This document shows, in pieces, positions 33,836 to 40,191 of a DNA stretch of 40,191 nucleotides (position 1 is its first letter; each line of letters starts with the position of its first letter). The stretch is from an uncultured Ignavibacteriales bacterium (GTDB lineage: Bacteria; Zixibacteria; MSB-5A5; GN15; FEB-12), in contig CAZHDS010000001.1 of assembly GCA_964531495.1 (NCBI GenBank), forward strand, positions 24,823 through 65,013. Direction: 5' to 3'. A model generated the notes under the pieces. It had not been told where the DNA came from. It searched no databases and was given only the letters and a program-made list of their open reading frames with translations. The position numbers and the translations under genes are program-made.

Positions 33836-34515
33836 AGATCTTGCTCTTAGAGGATGATCCAAACCTGGGCCTGATACTTCAGGAACATCTCACCATGAAT
33901 GGCTTTGAGGTTGTGCTCTGCGTTGACGGGGAGGAGGGCACGAACCGTTTCAGGAGAGAAGCCTTCGATCTGTGTCTCGTTGATGTCATGATGCCGCGCA
34001 AGGATGGCTTCACTTTTGTGCGCGAAGCCAGGAAATCCGATGACGAAACGCCCATGATTTTTCTGACCGCTCGCTCGTTGCGTGAGGATCGTATCGCCGG
34101 CTTCAAGGCTGGATGCGATGACTATGTGACCAAGCCGTTTTCGGTTGAGGAGCTACTGCTGAGGATTCAGGCTGTTCTCAGGCGTAGCGGCAAGGGACCG
34201 GCCGAGGAGATGCCGACCCTCTTTGAGTTTGGCTGTTTCGTTTTTGACTCCCGGATACAAGTGCTGCGGCGAGGGGAACAGGAACGTCGCCTGACAGCTC
34301 GCGAGTCTGAATTGCTGCAAATGCTCTGCCATCACCTGAATATGACTCTGCCGCGCTCAACCGCCCTCAAAAAGATTTGGGGCGACGACGGCTATTTCAG
34401 CGGCCGATCTATGGATGTCTATATATCCAAACTTCGCAAGTACCTCGCCGATGATGACCGAGTCGAGATAATCGGGGTCCACGGCAAAGGGTTTCGACTC
34501 GCCGTTCGAGATTAG
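33832..34515 (+). CDS. OmpR/PhoB-family response regulator
   Basis: The receiver domain has MKILLLEDDP...DLCLVDVMMPRKDG...KPF. The winged-helix output domain reads LTARESELLQML...SMDVYISKLRKYL...GKGFRL. An ATGA overlap joins it to the kinase gene. Confidence 0.93.
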   Translation: MKILLLEDDPNLGLILQEHLTMNGFEVVLCVDGEEGTNRFRREAFDLCLVDVMMPRKDGFTFVREARKSDDETPMIFLTARSLREDRIAGFKAGCDDYVTKPFSVEELLLRIQAVLRRSGKGPAEEMPTLFEFGCFVFDSRIQVLRRGEQERRLTARESELLQMLCHHLNMTLPRSTALKKIWGDDGYFSGRSMDVYISKLRKYLADDDRVEIIGVHGKGFRLAVRD

Positions 34516-34722
34516 TTCTGGCTATTTTCAGGTCAAACCTCCACCAACTCCACAAAGCGCTTTCGGACATCACGTTAGCTGACGTAGGCTGACCAAAATT
34601 GGTGTCTCCGTGTGGCATAGTTAAGAATCAGGCGCATAATTATTAATAAAATGCATGCGAAGCGAAACAATATTGATGTATTGTCGTCTATGAGACTACA
34701 AAGACAAACCCGGAGATCCAAA

Positions 34723-35097
34723 ATGGCTCACGAGTGGCGAAAACTAACTGAACTCACCCAAGGCTCCACGATCATCGTGGAACGGGTCCGAATGCTTGAA
34801 ACGGGCATCGCTGTAGAGGGTGACTTTGAGCTCCCCCGGCTGGCCCAGTTGCCGGCTGAGGATCAAATATTCGTGGCTGCCTTTGTGCACTGCCACGGCT
34901 CCATCAAGCAGATGGAGAAGTCGTTTGGGGTCAGCTATCCGACGATCAAGAACCGCCTGGCCCGCTTGGCCAGCCAGCTTGATTTCGTAGAACTGGAGAC
35001 CTTGCCTGACAATCAGAGCACTGTTCTGGATCGGCTGGAGAAGGGTGATATCACGGCCGGGGAGGCTGTCAAACTAATGAAGGAGGAACGGCAATGA
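34723..35097 (+). CDS. DUF2089-like HTH protein with a C-terminal SHOCT-like helix
   Basis: I place the start at ATG 34723, which has GGAGA 7 nt upstream. The track uses 34651. The DUF2089 core reads LPAEDQIFVAAFVHCHGSIKQMEKSFGVSYPTIKNRLARL. The usual N-terminal Cys4 ribbon is absent. The C-terminus reads VLDRLEKGDITAGEAVKLM. Confidence 0.75.
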   Translation: MAHEWRKLTELTQGSTIIVERVRMLETGIAVEGDFELPRLAQLPAEDQIFVAAFVHCHGSIKQMEKSFGVSYPTIKNRLARLASQLDFVELETLPDNQSTVLDRLEKGDITAGEAVKLMKEERQ

Positions 35098-35297
35098 CCA
35101 GCGCCAGATTGCACGTATTGGACATGTTGGCCGATCAGAGCATATCGGTCACGGAGGCGACCCGTTTGTTGCGAGCGATCGCAGTCACCATACGAGAGGC
35201 GGATCATCGGTCCAAACCAGCTACCATTGTCCCGGTTGCTCCGTATTCGCCGCTGCCATGGACAGAACAATATCATTCTCTAATCAAGGACATGTGA
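35094..35297 (+). CDS. Small SHOCT-like-motif protein (67 aa)
   Basis: An ATGA overlap joins it to the previous gene. The N-terminus HVLDMLADQSISVTEATRLLRAI repeats the helix motif seen in both neighbouring genes. Confidence 0.55.
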   Translation: MTSARLHVLDMLADQSISVTEATRLLRAIAVTIREADHRSKPATIVPVAPYSPLPWTEQYHSLIKDM

Positions 35298-35298
35298 C

Positions 35299-35730
35299 AT
35301 GACTGACGAAAGACGACGAATTCTCGAACTGCTGGCTCAGGGCAAGGTCAATGTCGATGAGGCCAGCGAGTTGTTAAGCGCCATCGGTGACACCGCAGCG
35401 GCGGATGAGATGCCTTCATCAGTGAAGGCGCGCGCTGAGCAACCACCAACCTATCTGTTTGTCCAGGTCGACTCCAAAGGGAGTGTGGGCAAGGGTGAGC
35501 AAGTCAATATCAAGATTCCGTTGGCAGTTGTGAAGGCCGGCATGAAACTTGGATCAGTCCTACCCGACAGCGTCAGCGATCGTGTCTCAGCTGCGCTGGA
35601 AGGCAAGGGGATCAAGGTGGACCTGAAGACTATTGATGGCAAACAGATCGACGAAGTGATGATGGCTCTCAAGGATCTCAGTATCGATGTCGACGAACCG
35701 GGTGAAACGGTCAGGATCTTCTGCAAATAG
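35299..35730 (+). CDS. SHOCT-like-motif protein with a C-terminal beta-rich domain (143 aa)
   Basis: It starts 1 nt after the previous stop. The N-terminus is RILELLAQGKVNVDEASELLSAI. The C-terminal part reads ...YLFVQVDSKGSVGKGEQVNIKIPLAVVKAG...VDLKTIDGKQIDEVMMALKDLSIDVDEPGETVRIFCK. Confidence 0.7.
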   Translation: MTDERRRILELLAQGKVNVDEASELLSAIGDTAAADEMPSSVKARAEQPPTYLFVQVDSKGSVGKGEQVNIKIPLAVVKAGMKLGSVLPDSVSDRVSAALEGKGIKVDLKTIDGKQIDEVMMALKDLSIDVDEPGETVRIFCK

Positions 35731-35770
35731 ACTTCGCTTATGGTGGTGATGTTTGCTTGCACAGGATAGC

Positions 35771-36313
35771 ATGGCAAGCAAACAGTCATTCCCGTCTCCA
35801 AGCCATGGTGGGGTGTCGGCCGCTCAATGGCCGACACCACCCCACGGCCTCAATACAATCATCAAGACCTTTGGCGATCCTTGCGGATCAAAGGCCAGCC
35901 TGGAACCATCGCCCGACTGGGAGGCAAGATACCTGGCGCGGGCGCGAGTTCCGGTGCCGTTGAGGCTCGGCTGGATGCCCGGTCGCACGGTGACCAGTTT
36001 CCGCTGTCACACGCTGTTGGTACCTGTTTTCGAGCGAGTGTTCGACGTTATCTATGACTGCGGACTGGATCATGCCGTATCTACCTTCGATGGTTGCTAT
36101 CATTTTCGTCGTCGCCGTGGGGGAGTACGACTCTCCAGCCACAGCTGGGGGATATCGATCGATCTGAACGCATCCTCCAACCGCATGGGCTCACGCGGTA
36201 ACCAGTACCCCCAGTTAGTCACCGCCTTTCGGGAGTTTGGTTTTGAATGGGGGGGCGACTGGACTGGTCGGCGGCGAGACCCGATGCACTTTCAGTTCTG
36301 CACCGGGTACTAG
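35771..36313 (+). CDS. Peptidase M15 family (M15_4 / VanY- or endolysin-like zinc D,D- or L,D-peptidase), no signal peptide
   Basis: The zinc and catalytic motifs are SSHSWGISIDL and FEWGGDWTGRRRDPMHFQF. I place the start at ATG 35771 with AGGA upstream. The track uses TTG 35753. Confidence 0.8.
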   Translation: MASKQSFPSPSHGGVSAAQWPTPPHGLNTIIKTFGDPCGSKASLEPSPDWEARYLARARVPVPLRLGWMPGRTVTSFRCHTLLVPVFERVFDVIYDCGLDHAVSTFDGCYHFRRRRGGVRLSSHSWGISIDLNASSNRMGSRGNQYPQLVTAFREFGFEWGGDWTGRRRDPMHFQFCTGY

Positions 36314-36346
36314 TTGTTCGTTCAGTCGCGAACCGGACCTTGTTGC

Positions 36347-37342
36347 TTACTCCGAGGCGATTTCTCCGGTGCAGCTGGAGCCTGCTCCAGCCGTACAGGC
36401 GAAGCAGTGATTGGCGGTGCGGATCTTCCGATTCATATACCGCTCATAGTCAAAGTTGTCAATGTGGTTGACCTGGTCCGATGTCATATCGAGCATCTGG
36501 TTGAAGTCGCAATCATAGACGTGTCCATCGTAGCGCACCGAGATTTGACTGCGACACATCAGGCCGTCCAAGGTAGCCGGATTGAAGGCGTTGACGAGTA
36601 TCTCTAGATACTTGTCAAACTTTCCCAGGTGCTCCAGCCGCTCCAGAAAGCGATTGATGGCGACGTTGTTAATGCAATAGAGGCTATTGAAGATTATGCC
36701 GTGCTGGCGCTGGAGGTTCTCTTTGAATTCTCGTTCCAACTGCTTCTGTGGTGCAGCCAGAAATATCCCGGCCGGGTTGTACACCAGGTTGAGCGTATGC
36801 GAATGACCGTAGCCCAGGTCATTTAGCTTTTTCATGGCTGCAATGGACTGCTCGAACACGCCGTGACCACGCTGCCGGTCGGTGTGGCTCTTGGCGAAAT
36901 GTGGCAGAGACGCGATAACTTCGACATTGTTGTCGGCGAGCAGGTCATACAGATGCGAGTAGTCCGGATGCTCAAGGATGGTCAGGTTGCATCGATCAAT
37001 CACGTGTTTGCCCAAACGGGTGGCTTCGGCTACGAGATAAGCGAAATGCTCGTTCATTTCCGGGGCGCCGCCGGTGATATCAACCACTTCGATCTGGCTC
37101 ACTTCCGAAATAATTTTCAGGCAGGCTTCGATTGTCTGGCGACTCATCGTCTCGGTCCGGGTAGGCGAGGCACTAACATGACAATGAGTGCAGGCCTGAT
37201 TGCAGAGGGCGCCGAGATTCATCTGGAAGGTCGTCAGCGCTGTCGGCCGCAAGCCATCGTCACCACGGAAGTGTTTCCTGACGAATTCGGCGAAGCTCGC
37301 TGGGTACGATGACAAGCGGGTCAGCTGTGTCTGGGCATTCAT
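36347..37342 (-). CDS. arsS: Radical SAM / Cys-rich-domain protein of the ArsS (arsenosugar biosynthesis) family
   Basis: The radical SAM motif is CNQACTHCH (CxxxCxxC). Family blocks are VVDITGGAPEMN, VIDRCNLTIL, TDRQRGHGVFEQSI, LNLVYNPAG and YDCDFNQML. The C-terminus is HCFACTAGAGSSCTG. Confidence 0.85.
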   Translation of the reverse strand: MNAQTQLTRLSSYPASFAEFVRKHFRGDDGLRPTALTTFQMNLGALCNQACTHCHVSASPTRTETMSRQTIEACLKIISEVSQIEVVDITGGAPEMNEHFAYLVAEATRLGKHVIDRCNLTILEHPDYSHLYDLLADNNVEVIASLPHFAKSHTDRQRGHGVFEQSIAAMKKLNDLGYGHSHTLNLVYNPAGIFLAAPQKQLEREFKENLQRQHGIIFNSLYCINNVAINRFLERLEHLGKFDKYLEILVNAFNPATLDGLMCRSQISVRYDGHVYDCDFNQMLDMTSDQVNHIDNFDYERYMNRKIRTANHCFACTAGAGSSCTGEIASE

Positions 37343-37347
37343 AGGTC

Positions 37348-37680
37348 CTAGACCAGCGTATCGTCAATTTTCGACATCATCTGGACGCTGTGTACGAGAC
37401 TGATTCCAGCCGCCATTGCGGCCGCGACATGGACCGCCTCGTTCATCTGAGACTCGTCGGCGCCATTTTCGAGATTGGCTGTCGTGTAGGCGTCTATGCA
37501 ATAGGGGCACTTCAAGGCATGGGCCACCGCCAGAGCGATCAGACTCTTCTCGCGGGCCGAGAGTGCTCCCTCAGACATCACGCTCTTGTAGTACTCGAAA
37601 AACTTCTCGGCCAATTCTGGATTGACACGACTTATGTCACCAAATTTGCTGAGATCATCGGACTCGTAGTAGTTACTCAT
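37348..37680 (-). CDS. AhpD/carboxymuconolactone-decarboxylase-fold protein (peroxidase-like, CxxC), the type associated with ArsS-family radical SAM genes
   Basis: I place the start at ATG 37680 with AGGAGA upstream. The track adds 23 aa. The product is MSNYYESDDLSKFGD...LSAREKSLIALAVAHALKCPYCIDAYT.... Confidence 0.8.
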   Translation of the reverse strand: MSNYYESDDLSKFGDISRVNPELAEKFFEYYKSVMSEGALSAREKSLIALAVAHALKCPYCIDAYTTANLENGADESQMNEAVHVAAAMAAGISLVHSVQMMSKIDDTLV

Positions 37681-37681
37681 T

Positions 37682-38347
37682 TCATCTCCTGTCTTCCTGC
37701 GAATTCTCATGCTCGGATCTGCCGTCAGCCAGGGAGCGAAACGACTCAAAATGATCCAAATCTGCGGCGTCGTCGAGATCTCGCAGCGTGTCCAGCAGAG
37801 CCACGCGAAGGTCCAGCCGGGCGGCCACAGCTATTGTTCGCTCTAGGACAACCGACGTGCCCCAGGGTATCTCAGTAAACAGGTCATCATGTATCTGGTT
37901 CAGGGCAATCAGGTAATATCCTCCATCGGTGGTCGGACCAAGCACCAGGTCGTTGTCCTTCAGCAGTTCGTGGGCGAGATTGATCGCGGCTGGGTCCAGG
38001 TCGGGAATATCTGCCCCTATCAAGCAGGCTTGTTGTGCTGACGGTCTTGCCAATAGCTGATCGAAGGCGCTTCGCATGCGGACACCAAGGTCGCCATCCG
38101 TTTGTGCGAAGAGCTGATCAAAGCCGGGGTAGGCGGCGGAGAAGTCTCTGACATATACGTCAGGGTCGACGAAAGCAGCCCGATGAAACATGTCCCCATC
38201 CAAGCCGGTGACGACCGACACGGCGCTGACCAACAGCGCCTCATAGACTGCGAGGGCCCGGTTGACGCCAGTTGTAGCAGCCAGCCTGGTTTTCACTCGC
38301 CCCACGATGGGGAACTTGGCCATCAGGCCAATAGCTCGGTCAGGCAT
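37682..38347 (-). CDS. DUF2064-type nucleotidyl/glycosyl-transferase-like protein (the 'arsenosugar biosynthesis glycosyltransferase' family name used in public annotation)
   Basis: The motifs are MAKFPIVGRVKTRLA..., ...LIGADIPDL... and ...GPTTDGGYYLI... It ends 1 nt before the AhpD-like gene's start and overlaps the upstream GT2 gene by 8 nt. Confidence 0.8.
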   Translation of the reverse strand: MPDRAIGLMAKFPIVGRVKTRLAATTGVNRALAVYEALLVSAVSVVTGLDGDMFHRAAFVDPDVYVRDFSAAYPGFDQLFAQTDGDLGVRMRSAFDQLLARPSAQQACLIGADIPDLDPAAINLAHELLKDNDLVLGPTTDGGYYLIALNQIHDDLFTEIPWGTSVVLERTIAVAARLDLRVALLDTLRDLDDAADLDHFESFRSLADGRSEHENSQEDRR

Positions 38348-39785
38348 TTCCCTCCCTTATTGACATGATAGCAAAGCAGCCATAGCCAGCCACAAAAGTG
38401 ACCAGAAACGGAAGGCTTGCCAGAAGATCGAGATGCCATGAACACGATATAGCCACCAGGGCATTGCCCGTCAGAATTGTCTCGGCCAGGAGAGTGCGAT
38501 CAAAACGAATCCGATAGTCACCGGGCGGGGGAGAAGACGCGCCCCCGGTGACACCCGTCTTGGGCGTCCTTACGAACACCGCCGGTCGGGAAAGAAACGC
38601 CGACGCCACGGCCAGCGAATTGGTTGCGGCTAGGGCAATGCCGAGAGAACCGAGCATAGTCATGGTCAGGATGTTCTTGGACGACTGAATCTGGGGTTGG
38701 CGCCGGTACGCCAGTCCGTAGAAAAGGGACATCGAGCCGGTGCCGGCCAGCAGGATCGGCAGGTCGACCAGGAGGAGCTTGAGCCCGTTTCCCTCCCAGC
38801 GGAAAAAGAGCGCCGGAACGAGCAGCACTGACAGCATCAGAAGCGCGACCGAGACCGACTTCTGAGTGAGATGAAACCAGGCCTCGACTTTGATCTTAAA
38901 AGGTAGCGATGAGGTCGACAGCCGCCTCAGGTTTTTGATGCCTGTCTCGACTGCTCCTCTGGCCCAGCGGTACTGCTGGGCTTTGAAAGATCGGATTGAC
39001 GCGGGCAGCTCGGTCGGTACGTCTACGTCTTCAGCCATCACAAATTTCCATCCCGCCATCTGAGCCCGATAGGACAAGTCGAGATCTTCGGTCAGCGTAT
39101 CGGCCTGCCAGCCACCGGCGTCCTCGATTGCCTGGCGGCGCCATACGCCAGCCGTGCCGTTGAAATTCATGAACAGACCAGCGCGGCAGCGGGCGGCTTG
39201 CTCCACGAAGAAATGTCCATCAAGGAACAAGGCCTGGGCACGACAAAGAAACGACTGATCACGATTTAGAAAACTCCACCTTGCCTGAGCCAGCCCAACG
39301 CGGTGGTCTGCCAGGTACGGCATGATCTGTTTGAGGAAATCGGGCCGGGGAAGGTTGTCGGCATCAAAAACCGCCACGAACTCGCCGGCAGCCGTGCGAA
39401 GTCCGTTGGCCAGCGCGCCAGCCTTGTAGCCATCGCGTCGGGGGCGTTTGATATGGGCTATCTGGTGCGCTTGGGACACGAGGTCCGCGATTGTCAGGGC
39501 AGCTATGTCGGTAGTCTCGTCAGTAGAATCATCCAACACCTGGATCTCGATTCTATCTATGGGCCAATCAAACGCCGCCACTGCCCGGATCAATCGGGCC
39601 ACAACCAAACGTTCGTTGAAGACTGGCAGCTGTACCGTAACTGTCGCGGTCTGATCTGTTTCTGAAGGTGCAAGTCTCATCGGGGGAAGTCGAAGGTAGA
39701 TGCTGGTCAACCAGAGCACGTGCAGACCGTACAAGGCTATGTAACCCAGGCAAAGAAAGTACACTGTTGTAAAGGCAGCCTGCAC
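38340..39785 (-). CDS. Membrane-embedded family-2 glycosyltransferase (processive / lipid-glycosyl synthase-like)
   Basis: The motifs are VTVQLPVFNE, VLDDSTDET, VFDADN and QQYRWARG (the QxxRW motif). TM helices lie at both ends. Confidence 0.88.
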   Translation of the reverse strand: MQAAFTTVYFLCLGYIALYGLHVLWLTSIYLRLPPMRLAPSETDQTATVTVQLPVFNERLVVARLIRAVAAFDWPIDRIEIQVLDDSTDETTDIAALTIADLVSQAHQIAHIKRPRRDGYKAGALANGLRTAAGEFVAVFDADNLPRPDFLKQIMPYLADHRVGLAQARWSFLNRDQSFLCRAQALFLDGHFFVEQAARCRAGLFMNFNGTAGVWRRQAIEDAGGWQADTLTEDLDLSYRAQMAGWKFVMAEDVDVPTELPASIRSFKAQQYRWARGAVETGIKNLRRLSTSSLPFKIKVEAWFHLTQKSVSVALLMLSVLLVPALFFRWEGNGLKLLLVDLPILLAGTGSMSLFYGLAYRRQPQIQSSKNILTMTMLGSLGIALAATNSLAVASAFLSRPAVFVRTPKTGVTGGASSPPPGDYRIRFDRTLLAETILTGNALVAISCSWHLDLLASLPFLVTFVAGYGCFAIMSIREGNA

Positions 39786-39788
39786 GAA

Positions 39789-40191
39789 TCAGTCCCTCCG
39801 CAATCGTTTGGCCAACGGCCAAATTAACAACACGTAGAAGGGCAGGTACGACAGGACACCTAACCAAGGCATCGGCGACCAGGTGCCTCCATTATAGTAG
39901 CCAATATGAACATGATAGGACAATAGCGCGGAGCCGGACAGAAACAGAAAAGCCGGGGAGAGGTTGCGCAGGACGAACGGATAGATCCACACGAAGTACC
40001 ACGGGAAAAAGGTCGTGGTTAAGACCAAGTATCCGCCATAGGCCCGAAACAATTTCTTCTCCCAGCCCAGCCGGGCTCCCGCCAGATAGGCCAGCCAGCC
40101 GAGCAGCAGGGCGGCTACGATATACCGTGACCATTCCAAACCCAGGGCATACTTCAAAACGAAGAACACCGATGCGTTGTATTGCCATGAA
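39789..40191 (-). CDS. Polytopic membrane protein (C-terminal part, GT87/DUF2029-like). Partial: the N-terminus lies beyond the window end.
   Basis: The frame stays open from 40169 to the window edge (...SWQYNAS-VFFVLKYALGLEW...), so the GTG start used by the track is probably internal. The product is hydrophobic and Trp/Tyr-rich (FFPWYFVWIYPFVL). It ends 3 nt before the GT2 start. Confidence 0.65.
   Translation of the reverse strand, partial: SWQYNASVFFVLKYALGLEWSRYIVAALLLGWLAYLAGARLGWEKKLFRAYGGYLVLTTTFFPWYFVWIYPFVLRNLSPAFLFLSGSALLSYHVHIGYYNGGTWSPMPWLGVLSYLPFYVLLIWPLAKRLRRD

Noticed and set aside
35752-35782. A 9-bp inverted repeat, TTTGCTTGC / GCAAGCAAA, that brackets the SD and ATG of the M15 peptidase gene. 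It could be a translational control hairpin.
   Set aside because: By my rough estimate, several 9-bp inverted repeats with loops under 60 nt are expected by chance in 40 kb. The SD and AUG sit in the loop rather than in the stem. This is not strong enough to report as a feature.

Overview
This 40.2-kb window looks like an ordinary chromosomal segment of an uncultivated-type Gram-negative bacterium. Recurrent TTGACA-N16/17-TATATT promoters, AGGAG-type Shine-Dalgarno sites and a T9SS-like C-terminal sorting domain suggest a non-Bacteroidetes FCB-like lineage, but that is inference only. I can support 32 protein genes (two cut by the window edges), 2 tRNAs, several intrinsic terminators and several promoter or operator candidates. 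I saw no rRNA, CRISPR array, transposase, integrase or recognisable defence system. Gene order: a PEP-utilising enzyme (partial, absent from the ORF track); gdhA; a ~400-nt structured non-coding stretch; an 872-aa T9SS-tagged secreted protein; a HesB/IscA-like gene interrupted by an in-frame TGA; a glycogen cluster (LbH nucleotidyltransferase-like, GalT-like, glgA) plus a GT-C/TPR membrane protein; tRNA-Gly and tRNA-Cys; a Kef-type antiporter; a lipoprotein serpin; a 1335-aa secreted protein (duplicated C39-like modules, a thrombospondin-type-3 array, a twin dockerin-like tail); a ferredoxin; a cysteine-synthase-family gene coupled to a DUF1573 gene; a SPOR lipoprotein; a second protein with the same dockerin-like tail; hemC; a 4-gene ABC-2 exporter operon divergent from an OmpR-type two-component system; a DUF2089/SHOCT-like three-gene cassette; an M15 peptidase; and an ArsS-type radical-SAM / AhpD-like / DUF2064 / GT2 / membrane-protein operon. 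The items most worth follow-up are: (1) the candidate Sec-containing HesB-like protein; (2) the Cys-bracketed dockerin-like C-terminal module shared by two secreted proteins, next to a serpin; (3) the ArsS-family metalloid-sugar operon; (4) the phased direct repeats upstream of the two-component system, together with the ABC / DUF2089 / M15 envelope-type locus; (5) the pseudoknotted inverted repeats at 3.1-3.3 kb. All family assignments rest on motifs read by eye. No database search was run.
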